Below are positions 1-9,607 of a stretch of DNA of 64,000 nucleotides, piece by piece. This DNA is from Thermodesulfobacteriota bacterium (GTDB lineage Bacteria > Desulfobacterota_D > UBA1144 > Nemesobacterales > JAJCZQ01). Location: the NCBI GenBank assembly GCA_965203965.1, contig CBDBDR010000017.1:672001-736000 (forward strand), in the 5' to 3' direction. Each line of letters begins with the position of its first letter. Position 1 is the stretch's first letter. A model generated the notes under the pieces. The model did no database searches, had not been told where the DNA came from, and was given only the letters and a program-made list of their open reading frames with translations. A program made the position numbers and the translations under genes.

Positions 1-394
1 TAAAAACCCCTCTCTTGTTCAGGTGCTTATGCACGTTGAAAAAAAGTTTTTTCCATTCGGAAAATTTTAAGAGATGATTGATAGAATCATTCATGCAGAT
101 TATAACGTCAAACTTCTGATTTAAACTGAAGTTGACCATGTTGTTCTGGTATAGAGTAACGTGGCGGAATTTATGGTGTGCCATCGCAAGCATTATGGGG
201 GAAATATCCAATCCAGTTACTTCATAACGTCCGTAAAGTTGTTTCATCAGGGTGCCAGTGCCACATGCAACCTCAAGCAATGAGCGGGCATCGGGGTTAC
301 GTTCCTCTATGAATTTTCTTATCTGTTTTGCGACATCCTTCTGGTCACCCATTATTTCATCGTAGAATTTTCCAATGACGTTATACGGCTCCAT
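1..394 (-). CDS. Class I SAM-dependent methyltransferase (partial, runs off window start)
   Basis: Manual translation from ATG at 394: MEPYNVIGKFYDEIMG...LLEVACGTG...TGLDIS...FDVIIC; motif I present; absent from ORF track because truncated. Confidence 0.85.
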   Translation of the reverse strand, partial: MEPYNVIGKFYDEIMGDQKDVAKQIRKFIEERNPDARSLLEVACGTGTLMKQLYGRYEVTGLDISPIMLAMAHHKFRHVTLYQNNMVNFSLNQKFDVIICMNDSINHLLKFSEWKKLFFNVHKHLNKRGVF

Positions 395-441
395 GACCAG
401 AGGACGGGAAGTAACTTCTATATTTAATTTATAAAGCGTTT

Positions 442-672
442 TTAATGAACTTTATTATCTGGAATTAAAGCCATTGCCCAGATAGAAAGCATGAGTTCAT
501 TTTTTTCATTCATTTCAATCTCTTCGCCACTAACCTGTGCCAGAGTATATCTGTAAGCAAACTGATTTACTTCATCAAACGTCAGCTCAACCGTTTTTTT
601 TCCAGATCCACTAAACACAACCTGAAAACCTTCGTTTGTCTGAATTGCAGTAAAATTACTGTTCTTTTCCAT
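442..672 (-). CDS. Hypothetical protein (76 aa)
   Basis: ORF with SD-like AGGTGAG upstream; no recognised motif. Confidence 0.6.
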   Translation of the reverse strand: MEKNSNFTAIQTNEGFQVVFSGSGKKTVELTFDEVNQFAYRYTLAQVSGEEIEMNEKNELMLSIWAMALIPDNKVH

Positions 673-755
673 TTAACTCACCTGAACAATGAAACTAATC
701 ATTAGTTGCTTATTTGTAAAGAGTTTTTTTTGCTATATAAATATCAGTTTTAAAG

Positions 756-829
756 GGGCTGTTAGCTCAGTCCGGTAGAGCAGCTGACTCTTAATCAGTC
801 GGTCGTAGGTTCGAATCCTACACAGCCCA
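756..829 (+). tRNA. tRNA-Lys(CTT)
   Basis: GGGCTGT/ACAGCCC acceptor stem, anticodon loop CT-CTT-AA, GGTTCGAATCC T-arm; CCA not encoded. Confidence 0.95.
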
Positions 830-880
830 TTGTTGTTTGTAATGAAAAGATTTAAGCAAATTTAATTTACAATCTGTGTT

Positions 881-962
881 GCGAGAGTGGCGGAATTGGC
901 AGACGCGCTAGATTTAGGATCTAGTACCGAAAGGTGTGGGAGTTCGACTCTCCCCTCTCGCA
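881..962 (+). tRNA. tRNA-Leu(TAG)
   Basis: GCGAGAG/CTCTCGC stem, CTAGA-TTTAGGA-TCTAG anticodon arm, long variable arm. Confidence 0.95.
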
Positions 963-980
963 TTTTATCCAAAAACTCCA

Positions 981-1628
981 ATGAAAAACTTGCTGACCCC
1001 ACTAAATAGATACTTCTTCTCTTCGCTGATAATTAACGCCTCTATACTTGTCTTTGCGAGTTCTCTGGGAGTTTGGGAGAAATCACCAATTATTACACAA
1101 GACGTCATTCAAATTTATGACATCCCAAAAGAGAAAGTAGTCGTCCCGCCCTCTAATAAAAAATTGCCTCCAAAAAAGGTTAAACCAAAGCAGATCAAGA
1201 AGAAAAAGATCCCTAAGGAAAAACCAATTGAAAGACCTGAAATACCCGCAAAAAAAGTAGAGGTAGAAGACATAAAGAAGGAAAAACCTGCCCCAGTTGA
1301 GACACCCCCAAAACTTCAAGCCAATCTTCCAAGAGTCATAATGACCAGTAGAGCCATGAGCGTAGAATGCAGAAAAAAGATCCGTAAAGGGTATGACAGA
1401 TTTGTACGTCACAGAAATTACGAGGGAAAAGTAGTTTTAAATATAGAAATACTAAAATCAGGCAAAGCTGGTGAAGTCAGTATCAGACAGACGTCTGGCT
1501 ATCCTAAACTTGATAAATTTGCAATCAATATTATCAAAAAATGTAAATCCATACCGAGGAAAAGAAACAACAGGGTGAGTTTTTCAGGATTGGCAATAGC
1601 CCCAATTCAATTTGGAATTGAGAAATAA
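981..1628 (+). CDS. tonB: Energy transducer TonB family protein
   Basis: N-terminal TM helix, Pro/Lys-rich linker, C-terminal EGKVVL...TSGYPKLD domain; start moved to ATG 981 because ORF-track start lies inside tRNA-Leu. Confidence 0.8.
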   Translation: MKNLLTPLNRYFFSSLIINASILVFASSLGVWEKSPIITQDVIQIYDIPKEKVVVPPSNKKLPPKKVKPKQIKKKKIPKEKPIERPEIPAKKVEVEDIKKEKPAPVETPPKLQANLPRVIMTSRAMSVECRKKIRKGYDRFVRHRNYEGKVVLNIEILKSGKAGEVSIRQTSGYPKLDKFAINIIKKCKSIPRKRNNRVSFSGLAIAPIQFGIEK

Positions 1629-1634
1629 CACTCT

Positions 1635-1907
1635 TTACTTTTTCCTTTGTATCTCGGTGTAATACTCCACTTTCTGCTCATATTCCAATTTTAATCCATC
1701 ACAAACCGATCGCCTGGTTGAATTATCATTAAGGCAATCATTATATTTTGATTTTGCTTTTCTTACTTGATCTCTAGCTCGCAACAAGTCCTGCTTTTCA
1801 TTAGCTCTTCTGAAACTTGACTTGATCTCCTCACTCAATCCTTTTGACGTATCTTGAGTAACCCCACATCCCGTAACAAATAAAATTAAAAATAAAACTC
1901 TTTTCAT
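1635..1907 (-). CDS. Small lipoprotein, hypothetical
   Basis: MKRVLFLILFVTGC lipobox; helical body with a Cys pair. Confidence 0.7.
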   Translation of the reverse strand: MKRVLFLILFVTGCGVTQDTSKGLSEEIKSSFRRANEKQDLLRARDQVRKAKSKYNDCLNDNSTRRSVCDGLKLEYEQKVEYYTEIQRKK

Positions 1908-2014
1908 CTATAATTCCACAACAATAGGGGAATTGCGATATTTACAATTTCCCGAGGTGGAAGTATAATAGCACACCTCAAGGATTTTTAAATCTGTTTA
2001 TGGAGTAACTACTT

Positions 2015-3319
2015 ATGAGGATCAATCTAGAAGATCTGAAAGAAACACAGAAAAAACTCAATGTTTACATCCCCTCGGACACTGTTGAGACAAAAAGGTC
2101 ATCAATATTTAATGAGTTCAAGAACAATGCAGATATCAAGGGATTCCGCAAGGGCAAAGCACCAAACCACTTTATACAATCAATGTATGAAAAATCCATA
2201 AATAAGGAAGTAGTTTCAGAACTTATTTCCGAATCATTTGAAAACGCCTTAAAAGAAGCGGATGTTTCCCCAGTGAGCAAGCCGGAATTAATGCCGGGTC
2301 AGATAGAAAAAGGTGGAGAATTTCACTATTCAGCAGTATTTGAAATAATCCCAAAATTTCAAGTCTCAAACTATGAAGGGTTGGAATTAAAAAAATCCAA
2401 AATTGAGGTTAAAAAAGAGGATATTGAAAGAGCGTTGACTGGTTTGAGGGAGAGAGTTTCACAAGAAAAATTAGTTGAAGAAAATAGGGAAGTCAAAACG
2501 GGAGACATTGTCATAATTAACTTTGAAGGAAAAATTGACGGTAAGACGGTCAAATACCTGAAGCAGGACAATGCAAAATTTACCATCGGCACAGGTCAGT
2601 TGTTAGAAGAATTTGAAAAAAACATTATTGGTTTAAAAAAAGGTGGTGAAAGCAGTTTTAACGTTGAGTATAAAGAGGACTTTCAATACAAGGAAGCTGC
2701 AGGTAAAACTGTAAATTATGTTTTAAATCTGGTGGATATATATGACAGGGTAGTCCCTGTGGCAAATAACAATTTTGCAAAAGAACTGGGATTCAAAAAC
2801 CTGAAGGAGCTTGAGGATAAGATCAAAGAAGATATTACATTACGACTCAACCACGTAGAGCAGAACAAGTTGAAAGAACAGATCATTGATATATGCAACA
2901 AAAATACAAAAGTTGAAATACCTGAAAGCCTTATAGAGGCAGAGGAAAGCAGACTGAAGAGAGATTTCGCAGCTCACTTCCAGCAACAGGGAATACCCGT
3001 TGAGGATATTGATGAAAAAGGTCAAGCAAAATTCAGGGAGATCGCCACTACAAACGTCAAAAGCTCTATTATTTTTGCAGAAATTGCAAAAAGAGAAAAC
3101 ATAAACCCTTCAAACAAAGAAATACAAGATAGATTGAAAAACCTATCCGACTCTCTACACGTACCAATGGATAAGATGCTGGATATGTATCAGGACAAAA
3201 ATATGATGGCAAACCTTGAAGCATCAATCACCGAAGACAAGGTCGTTGAATTTATAAAAGAAAAAGCCATTATCACGGAAGGGTTAGACAGTCAGGATAA
3301 AATTGACAAAAGTCTTTAA
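2015..3319 (+). CDS. tig: Trigger factor
   Basis: GFRKGKAP ribosome-binding motif, FKBP domain, upstream of clpPX. Confidence 0.97.
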   Translation: MRINLEDLKETQKKLNVYIPSDTVETKRSSIFNEFKNNADIKGFRKGKAPNHFIQSMYEKSINKEVVSELISESFENALKEADVSPVSKPELMPGQIEKGGEFHYSAVFEIIPKFQVSNYEGLELKKSKIEVKKEDIERALTGLRERVSQEKLVEENREVKTGDIVIINFEGKIDGKTVKYLKQDNAKFTIGTGQLLEEFEKNIIGLKKGGESSFNVEYKEDFQYKEAAGKTVNYVLNLVDIYDRVVPVANNNFAKELGFKNLKELEDKIKEDITLRLNHVEQNKLKEQIIDICNKNTKVEIPESLIEAEESRLKRDFAAHFQQQGIPVEDIDEKGQAKFREIATTNVKSSIIFAEIAKRENINPSNKEIQDRLKNLSDSLHVPMDKMLDMYQDKNMMANLEASITEDKVVEFIKEKAIITEGLDSQDKIDKSL

Positions 3320-3340
3320 AATCGGCATGTTCTTAGGTTG

Positions 3341-3940
3341 ATGTCAAGTTACGTCCCCATAGTTATTGAGCAAACCAACAAGGGAGAAAGGGCCTATGAC
3401 ATATTCTCCCGACTTCTTAAAGAAAGGATAATTTTTATAGGCTCAGTAATAGATGATAACCTTGCTGACGTGGTAATTGCACAGCTCCTTTTTCTGGAAT
3501 CTGAAAATCCGGGCAAGCCCATATATATCTACATAAACTCGCCCGGGGGAAATGTAACTTCAGGATTGGCAATATACGATACGATGCAGTATGTAAAATC
3601 AGAGATTTGCACAATCTGTATCGGTCAAGCTGCAAGCATGGCAGCCGTGCTTCTCGCTTCAGGAGAAAAGGGACAAAGATATGCTCTTCCCCATGCACGG
3701 GTAATGCTCCATCAGGTATTGGGAGGCATACAAGGACAAGCCAGCGATATTGAAATACACTCAAAGGAAATACTTCGTATCAGGCAAGACCTGAATAAAA
3801 TCTTGGAACAACACACTGGTCAAAATCTAAAAAAAATTGAAAAAGATACAGACAGAGATTTCTTCATGGCACCGGACGATGCTTTGAAATACGGTGTGAT
3901 TGATAGTATAATCAGTGGGAGAGAGGAAGTGTTAAAGTGA
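3341..3940 (+). CDS. clpP: ATP-dependent Clp protease proteolytic subunit
   Basis: [30 protein letters not shown] motifs. Confidence 0.98.
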   Translation: MSSYVPIVIEQTNKGERAYDIFSRLLKERIIFIGSVIDDNLADVVIAQLLFLESENPGKPIYIYINSPGGNVTSGLAIYDTMQYVKSEICTICIGQAASMAAVLLASGEKGQRYALPHARVMLHQVLGGIQGQASDIEIHSKEILRIRQDLNKILEQHTGQNLKKIEKDTDRDFFMAPDDALKYGVIDSIISGREEVLK

Positions 3941-5220
3941 AGAATAACAAGAAAGACACAAAACGCACAGCACTTTCATGCTCATTCTGCAGTAAAAACC
4001 AAAAAGAGGCGAGAAAACTAATTGCCGGTCCCGGCGTTTACATCTGTGATGAGTGCATAAAACTCTGCAATGAGATAATTTTAGAAGAACAAAAAAAAGA
4101 CGTTTCACTTGCACTAAACCAGACCTCTCTACCAATTCCATCCCAGATAAAATCATTTCTTGATGAATATATTGTAGGTCAGGACAATGCAAAAAAAGTC
4201 CTTTCAGTTGCAGTATATAACCATTACAAAAGGATAGATTTGAATGCACCTAACAATGACAAAGCAGATGACGATGACATAGAAATCCAAAAAAGCAATA
4301 TTATGCTGATTGGTCCCACAGGTTCTGGAAAAACCCTTTTAGCTCAAACTATGGCAAAATTACTTGATGTTCCCTTTACCATAGTTGATGCCACTTGTTA
4401 CACAGAAGCCGGCTACGTAGGTGAAGACGTTGAAAATATAGTGGTCAGCCTCTTGCAGGCTGCTGATTATGATGTGGACAAAGCATCAAAGGGAATTATC
4501 TACATTGATGAGATTGACAAGTTGGCAAGAAAATCCGGTTATAACACTTCAATAACAAGAGACGTATCAGGTGAAGGAGTCCAACAGGCTTTGCTAAAAA
4601 TAATGGAAGGAACAAAAGCAAATGTTCCTCCCAAGGGCGGTAGAAAGCATCCTCAGCAGGAATTCATTCAGATAGATACCTCTAACATCCTGTTCATATG
4701 TGGCGGTTCATTCTGTGGACTTGATAAAATTATAAAAAACAGGATCGGGGAAAAATCAATTGGTTTTGAAGCCAGCATAGATGAAATAGAAGAACAGGAC
4801 ACAGGTTCACTGATGAATATGTTGCAGCCGGAAGACAGTATTCATTTCGGACTAATACCGGAGTTTGTTGGTAGAATTCCAGTTGTAGCAATTTTGGACG
4901 AACTTGATGAGCAATGCCTTGTAAAGATTCTAACTCAACCTCAAAATGCACTTATAAAGCAGTTTCGAAAACTCATGGAACTGGACAGAATTGAATTGGA
5001 AGTAACTGAATCGGCACTGAAGGCTATTGCCTGTGAGGCAATAAAAAGAAAAACAGGAGCTCGTGGTCTGAGAAGCATAATTGAATCAATTATGCTTGAT
5101 ATATTTTACAATGCACCTTCTATGGAAGGTTTGAAAAGATGCGTCATAACCGAAGAGGCGGTTCAGAATACGGGTAGTCCACTGTATTTCTTTGAAGAAA
5201 AGAAACACTTTGGATCATAA
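3937..5220 (+). CDS. clpX: ATP-dependent Clp protease ATP-binding subunit
   Basis: CSFC...CDEC zinc finger, [16 protein letters not shown] loop. Confidence 0.98.
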   Translation: MKNNKKDTKRTALSCSFCSKNQKEARKLIAGPGVYICDECIKLCNEIILEEQKKDVSLALNQTSLPIPSQIKSFLDEYIVGQDNAKKVLSVAVYNHYKRIDLNAPNNDKADDDDIEIQKSNIMLIGPTGSGKTLLAQTMAKLLDVPFTIVDATCYTEAGYVGEDVENIVVSLLQAADYDVDKASKGIIYIDEIDKLARKSGYNTSITRDVSGEGVQQALLKIMEGTKANVPPKGGRKHPQQEFIQIDTSNILFICGGSFCGLDKIIKNRIGEKSIGFEASIDEIEEQDTGSLMNMLQPEDSIHFGLIPEFVGRIPVVAILDELDEQCLVKILTQPQNALIKQFRKLMELDRIELEVTESALKAIACEAIKRKTGARGLRSIIESIMLDIFYNAPSMEGLKRCVITEEAVQNTGSPLYFFEEKKHFGS

Positions 5221-5285
5221 TTCCACCATTCAGATTTCCATTAGACAAAAATAATTTGTTCAGTTATAAACGTTATCCAAATTTT

Positions 5286-5360
5286 GGGCGGTTAGCTCAG
5301 CGGGAGAGCGCTTGCCTTACAAGCAAGATGTCACAGGTTCAAATCCTGTACCGCCCACCA
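5286..5360 (+). tRNA. tRNA-Val(TAC)
   Basis: CTTGC-CTTACAA-GCAAG anticodon arm; ends ACCA. Confidence 0.96.
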
Positions 5361-5370
5361 CGTCGTCGGT

Positions 5371-5448
5371 GGGGCCGTAGTTCAGCCTGGTTAGAACGCT
5401 GGCCTGTCAAGCCAGAGGTCGCGAGTTCAAATCTCGTCGGTCCCGCCA
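5371..5448 (+). tRNA. tRNA-Asp(GTC)
   Basis: CTGGC-CTGTCAA-GCCAG anticodon arm; ends GCCA. Confidence 0.96.
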
Positions 5449-5475
5449 TTTATTGAGTTCTTACCCTAATTCACA

Positions 5476-7038
5476 ATGTCATTTGAACAGGCTTTAATCA
5501 ACTCAACAAAGATTGAAAAATTGTTAGATAGTAAATCCATCAAAAACCAATTAAGGGACAGGAAAAAATCAGCTAAAAATATCCTTGACCAGCTATGCCT
5601 GTTCAAAAAGGGAAACATACCGCTTGAATTGATAAGTCCTGCAAAAGTTGGAGACGGAATTATCAAGTTGAATGACAATAAAGTTGAAGAGCTTGTAAAT
5701 ATCTATAACAAACATTTGAATGATCTAAATGTAGTAAAATTTGTGCCTTCATCAGGCGCAGCCTCAAGAATGTTCAAAGACCTGTTATCGGAATATTCCG
5801 ACTATGTGAATGAAAAAGATGCCGAATTAAGAAACTATAAACATACAACCAGATTAATGGAAAATCTTGAACGGTTTGCCTTTTTTGAAGACCTAAAACT
5901 CCTGTGTGATATAAATGACAGGAAAAATTTTGCTGAAATTGTTAAAAAACTGCTTTTTGATGAAGGCCTAAATTACTCATACCTTCCAAAGGGATTGATA
6001 AAATTCCACGGAGATAACAATAAAGGTAAAACCGCTTTTGAAGAGCATTTGATTGAAGCCAAGCTCTACACCAAGGGAAAAAACAATTTATGCAATATAC
6101 ATTTTACAGTCCCTCAAAAGGCAAAATTCACAATAGAGCAACACCTGTCATTAATACGTGCAAAATATGAAGATAACAAAACGCATTACAACATAACCTG
6201 CTCAATTCAGGGTCCGTCAACCGACACAATCGCAGTAGATATGAACAATGAGCCAATCACTACTGAAGAAGGGAATTTGAATTTCCGTCCCGCGGGACAT
6301 GGAGCGCTAATTCAGAATCTAAACTCAATTGAAGCTGACATGATATACATAAAAAACATTGACAACGTAACAGTGGAAAGTCATCTGGAAGAAACAGTTA
6401 AATATAAAAAATTGCTCGGAGGCTACCTGTTATCCATAAAAAACAAATGCCATAATTTTCTCAAACTTATTGATCTTGGAAAATTGGGAAAAGAAATTTT
6501 CTACGGTATGGAAGAATTCATACAAAAACATCTGTCCATTGATATACAACAAAGCACTGATTTGAACAAGAAATTATCCACATATAAAGAGTTGCTTAAC
6601 AAGCCTATTAGGATTTGTGGCGTTGTAAAAAATGAAGATGAACCGGGCGGCGGTCCCTTCTGGACTAAATATGGCAGTTACAAAAGGTCTCTTCAAATTG
6701 TAGAGTCCGCACAGGTTGATACTTCTTCTAAACAGCAGGTAGATATATGGCGTTCGTCCACTTATTTTAACCCAGTGGATATAGTGTGTTGGATCAAAGA
6801 CTATAAGGGAAATAAATTTAACTTAAACAACTACATTGATCCAAATGCGGTAATAATTACCTCTAAAAGCAGTGGGAATACAGAAATAAAGGCACTTGAA
6901 CTACCGGGACTTTGGAATGGGGCAATGGCAGACTGGCTAACTGTTTTTGTAGAAGTGCCGCTTATAACTTTCAATCCGGTAAAAAATGTTTTTGATCTGC
7001 TGAGAAAAAATCACCAGATCAAGAGCACTGGTACGTAA
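5476..7038 (+). CDS. DUF4301 family protein (nucleotidyltransferase-like)
   Basis: KFVPSSGAASRMFK, FRPAGHGAL, KNIDNV, EPGGGPFW, ELPGLWNGAM, FNPVK motifs. Confidence 0.88.
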   Translation: MSFEQALINSTKIEKLLDSKSIKNQLRDRKKSAKNILDQLCLFKKGNIPLELISPAKVGDGIIKLNDNKVEELVNIYNKHLNDLNVVKFVPSSGAASRMFKDLLSEYSDYVNEKDAELRNYKHTTRLMENLERFAFFEDLKLLCDINDRKNFAEIVKKLLFDEGLNYSYLPKGLIKFHGDNNKGKTAFEEHLIEAKLYTKGKNNLCNIHFTVPQKAKFTIEQHLSLIRAKYEDNKTHYNITCSIQGPSTDTIAVDMNNEPITTEEGNLNFRPAGHGALIQNLNSIEADMIYIKNIDNVTVESHLEETVKYKKLLGGYLLSIKNKCHNFLKLIDLGKLGKEIFYGMEEFIQKHLSIDIQQSTDLNKKLSTYKELLNKPIRICGVVKNEDEPGGGPFWTKYGSYKRSLQIVESAQVDTSSKQQVDIWRSSTYFNPVDIVCWIKDYKGNKFNLNNYIDPNAVIITSKSSGNTEIKALELPGLWNGAMADWLTVFVEVPLITFNPVKNVFDLLRKNHQIKSTGT

Positions 7039-7052
7039 TTACACGATCCATT

Positions 7053-8465
7053 ATGCTTAAAAACAGGCCAGACGTTCATTGTCTCTTACTCGCAGGTGGT
7101 GCCGGCTTGAGGCTTTGGCCCCTATCAAGAGAGTCTTATCCAAAACAGTTTTGCAGAGTTACAAACTCAGGATCACTTATACAATCCACCTATAAAAGAC
7201 TTTTGGATCTTTTTAACAAACAGAAAATATCTATCGTTACGGGAAAAAAACATAAATTTGAAGTGCAAAGGCACTTGTACAAATACAACCGGGAGATCGG
7301 CTCAAATATTATTACAGAACCAAATGGAAGAAATACTGCACCGGCGGTTTTACTTGGCACGTTAAAAATTATACAAAAAACGGCTGACCCAATCATTTTT
7401 ATATTCCCATCTGATCATGTAATAGAAAATATCGACAAACTAGGAACTGCCGTAAAAATGGCAACACAACTCGCAGAAAATGGTTATATAGCAACTCTCG
7501 GAATTAAGCCAAAATATCCCGAAACGGGATATGGCTATATTAAAGCCGGCAAAGAAATAAATGAACACACCCTGCTGGTGGACAGTTTTGTTGAAAAACC
7601 CAGTAAAACTCAAGCCAGAGAGTGCATTAAAAACAACAACTGGTTTTGGAACAGTGGAATATTTGCATTCAAAGCATCAAATATAATTGAGGAGTATAAA
7701 AAACGGCACGGAGAAATTGTTGATAAGCTAAGTAATATAGATTTAGACAAACTGACATCTGAATTTTACAATGGACTGCCGAATATCTCGTTTGATAAAG
7801 CCATTATGGAGCATACAAAAAAGACTGCTGTTATACCTATCTTTTTCAGTTGGAATGATCTCGGTTCATGGAAATCAGTTTATGATAATTCCAAAAAGGG
7901 AAATAACGGTACCGTTCTGGAAGGCAACGTTGTGGCTAAAAATTCTCATAACTGCCTTATAAAGGCTAAAAACAAGTTGATTGTTACCAATGGTATAAGC
8001 AATTTGGCTATTATTGATACTGAAGATGCCTTGCTCATATCCGACTTGAATTCATCCCCCGATATTAAATCCATTGTAAGCAATATGAAAAAGCAAGGTA
8101 AAGATGAAGTATTGAAACATAATACCGTTTATAGTCCCTGGGGGTATTTCACGGAACTATACAGCGACTGTGGGTATAGAATACGCAAAATAGTTATAAA
8201 TCCCGGCAGTGGGTTATCACTTAAAAAACGCCTGCACGGCTTGGAGCATTGGATTGTTTCCAAAGGCATTGCCAAAGTGATTAATGACAACAACACCGCT
8301 ATAATAAGGAAAGGCGAATCTGTTTTTATCCCCCAATCAAATGCTCAAAGAATTGAGAACATAGACACTGAGGAGCTTCATATTACAGAGGTGCAATTTG
8401 GAGAAAAACTTGAAGATGATGACATTATAATATTGGAAGATAACTATGGGAGAAGTAAACAATAA
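7053..8465 (+). CDS. manC: Mannose-1-phosphate guanylyltransferase / mannose-6-phosphate isomerase
   Basis: LAGGAGLRLWPLSR..YPKQF, EP.GRNTAPA, FVEKP, WNDLGSW; C-terminal cupin. Confidence 0.93.
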   Translation: MLKNRPDVHCLLLAGGAGLRLWPLSRESYPKQFCRVTNSGSLIQSTYKRLLDLFNKQKISIVTGKKHKFEVQRHLYKYNREIGSNIITEPNGRNTAPAVLLGTLKIIQKTADPIIFIFPSDHVIENIDKLGTAVKMATQLAENGYIATLGIKPKYPETGYGYIKAGKEINEHTLLVDSFVEKPSKTQARECIKNNNWFWNSGIFAFKASNIIEEYKKRHGEIVDKLSNIDLDKLTSEFYNGLPNISFDKAIMEHTKKTAVIPIFFSWNDLGSWKSVYDNSKKGNNGTVLEGNVVAKNSHNCLIKAKNKLIVTNGISNLAIIDTEDALLISDLNSSPDIKSIVSNMKKQGKDEVLKHNTVYSPWGYFTELYSDCGYRIRKIVINPGSGLSLKKRLHGLEHWIVSKGIAKVINDNNTAIIRKGESVFIPQSNAQRIENIDTEELHITEVQFGEKLEDDDIIILEDNYGRSKQ

Positions 8466-9443
8466 ATGATAACAAAAAACCGCATTGGCATTTTAACACC
8501 GTTTTTATTTGTAATTATAAACCTGTTTCAACCCTATGTATATGCTGAAACCATTGAATATTCAGTTCTATATACCGATTATATTGGCAAAGAATTCCCA
8601 TCACAAAGTTTTACAATCAACAATGTGGATTCACTGAACATTCTGCTTGAGAAATTAAAGAAGAAGCCCGAATCTATCAATGTAGATTTTAACAAGCAAG
8701 TCGTGAGCATTATTGTTCCTGATAGAGGACTCCATCCAGATCAGATAGAGATAAAGAGAATTTATAAACCAACAGAAGATAGGATCAACGTTGAATATAC
8801 CCTAAATTCAGTCCATTATGTACCTGAAAAGGATTATAAGCCGAGAAAACCATACATTGTTTTGGCATTAAAAACGGCTATAAAGGATAATCCACAGGTG
8901 AGTTTTCAAAATGTTAATCCTAGAGATCCCGTTTTTGCCAATCAGTCTCTTGGAAACTCACTAAACTATAAGAACACTTTGACCCGTGGAACTGCAAGTG
9001 AATCTCTTTTGGGTTACATTGCCTTTGATACAGGAAACAGTTGGACATACGAGATTGAGTCGGACTTTGTTAAGGGATACCAGACTTTTTCCGTGATCTC
9101 ACACACAAACGGTTGGTCAATCTTTGATTTTTTCTTTGGAAGAAGTAAAGTCGGAATGCAACTTACTCCACATGGACAGTTGATCATTCATTCAGGTAAA
9201 TGGACGAAGACATTTTACACCCCTGGAAGGATAACTGTAACCAACCCGAAAGAACCATTTGAAGTTAAGGCAGGAAAGTTTAAGGACACAATTGTTATAT
9301 CTTCCAAACCAAACTCCCCTATAACATTCAAGGATATTTACGCAAAGGACGTAGGTCTTATCTATCATGAGCATTCTTCACCAAGAGGGTCGGCAAAATA
9401 TAGTCTGACAAATGCAAATATCATGGGTCGCAATATCCCCTGA
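8466..9443 (+). CDS. Exported hypothetical protein, two-domain
   Basis: Signal peptide (VYA-E); C-terminal GNSWTY...VKAGKF...YAKDVGLI pattern. Confidence 0.75.
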   Translation: MITKNRIGILTPFLFVIINLFQPYVYAETIEYSVLYTDYIGKEFPSQSFTINNVDSLNILLEKLKKKPESINVDFNKQVVSIIVPDRGLHPDQIEIKRIYKPTEDRINVEYTLNSVHYVPEKDYKPRKPYIVLALKTAIKDNPQVSFQNVNPRDPVFANQSLGNSLNYKNTLTRGTASESLLGYIAFDTGNSWTYEIESDFVKGYQTFSVISHTNGWSIFDFFFGRSKVGMQLTPHGQLIIHSGKWTKTFYTPGRITVTNPKEPFEVKAGKFKDTIVISSKPNSPITFKDIYAKDVGLIYHEHSSPRGSAKYSLTNANIMGRNIP

Positions 9444-9509
9444 TTATTGATGTGTCTGTATCAAATTGACACTTTTTTCTCTTGGGTTATTTTTCTTTTC
9501 ATTCATCAA

Positions 9510-9599
9510 GGAGAGGTGGCCGAGCGGACGAAGGCGCTCGCCTGCTAAGCGAGTAAGGGGCTTAAAACTCCTTCGAGGGTTCGAATCCCTCCCTCTCCG
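9510..9599 (+). tRNA. tRNA-Ser(GCT)
   Basis: GGAGAGG/CCTCTCC stem, CTCGC-CTGCTAA-GCGAG arm, long variable arm. Confidence 0.95.
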
Positions 9600-9607
9600 A
9601 TTCACAT

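Noticed and set aside
936..980. N-terminal extension of tonB ORF
   Set aside because: Lies inside tRNA-Leu; ATG 981 fits the TM anchor
5256..5456. 66-aa ORF (also 9444-9762 and 61604-61810)
   Set aside because: Shadow ORFs over tRNA genes
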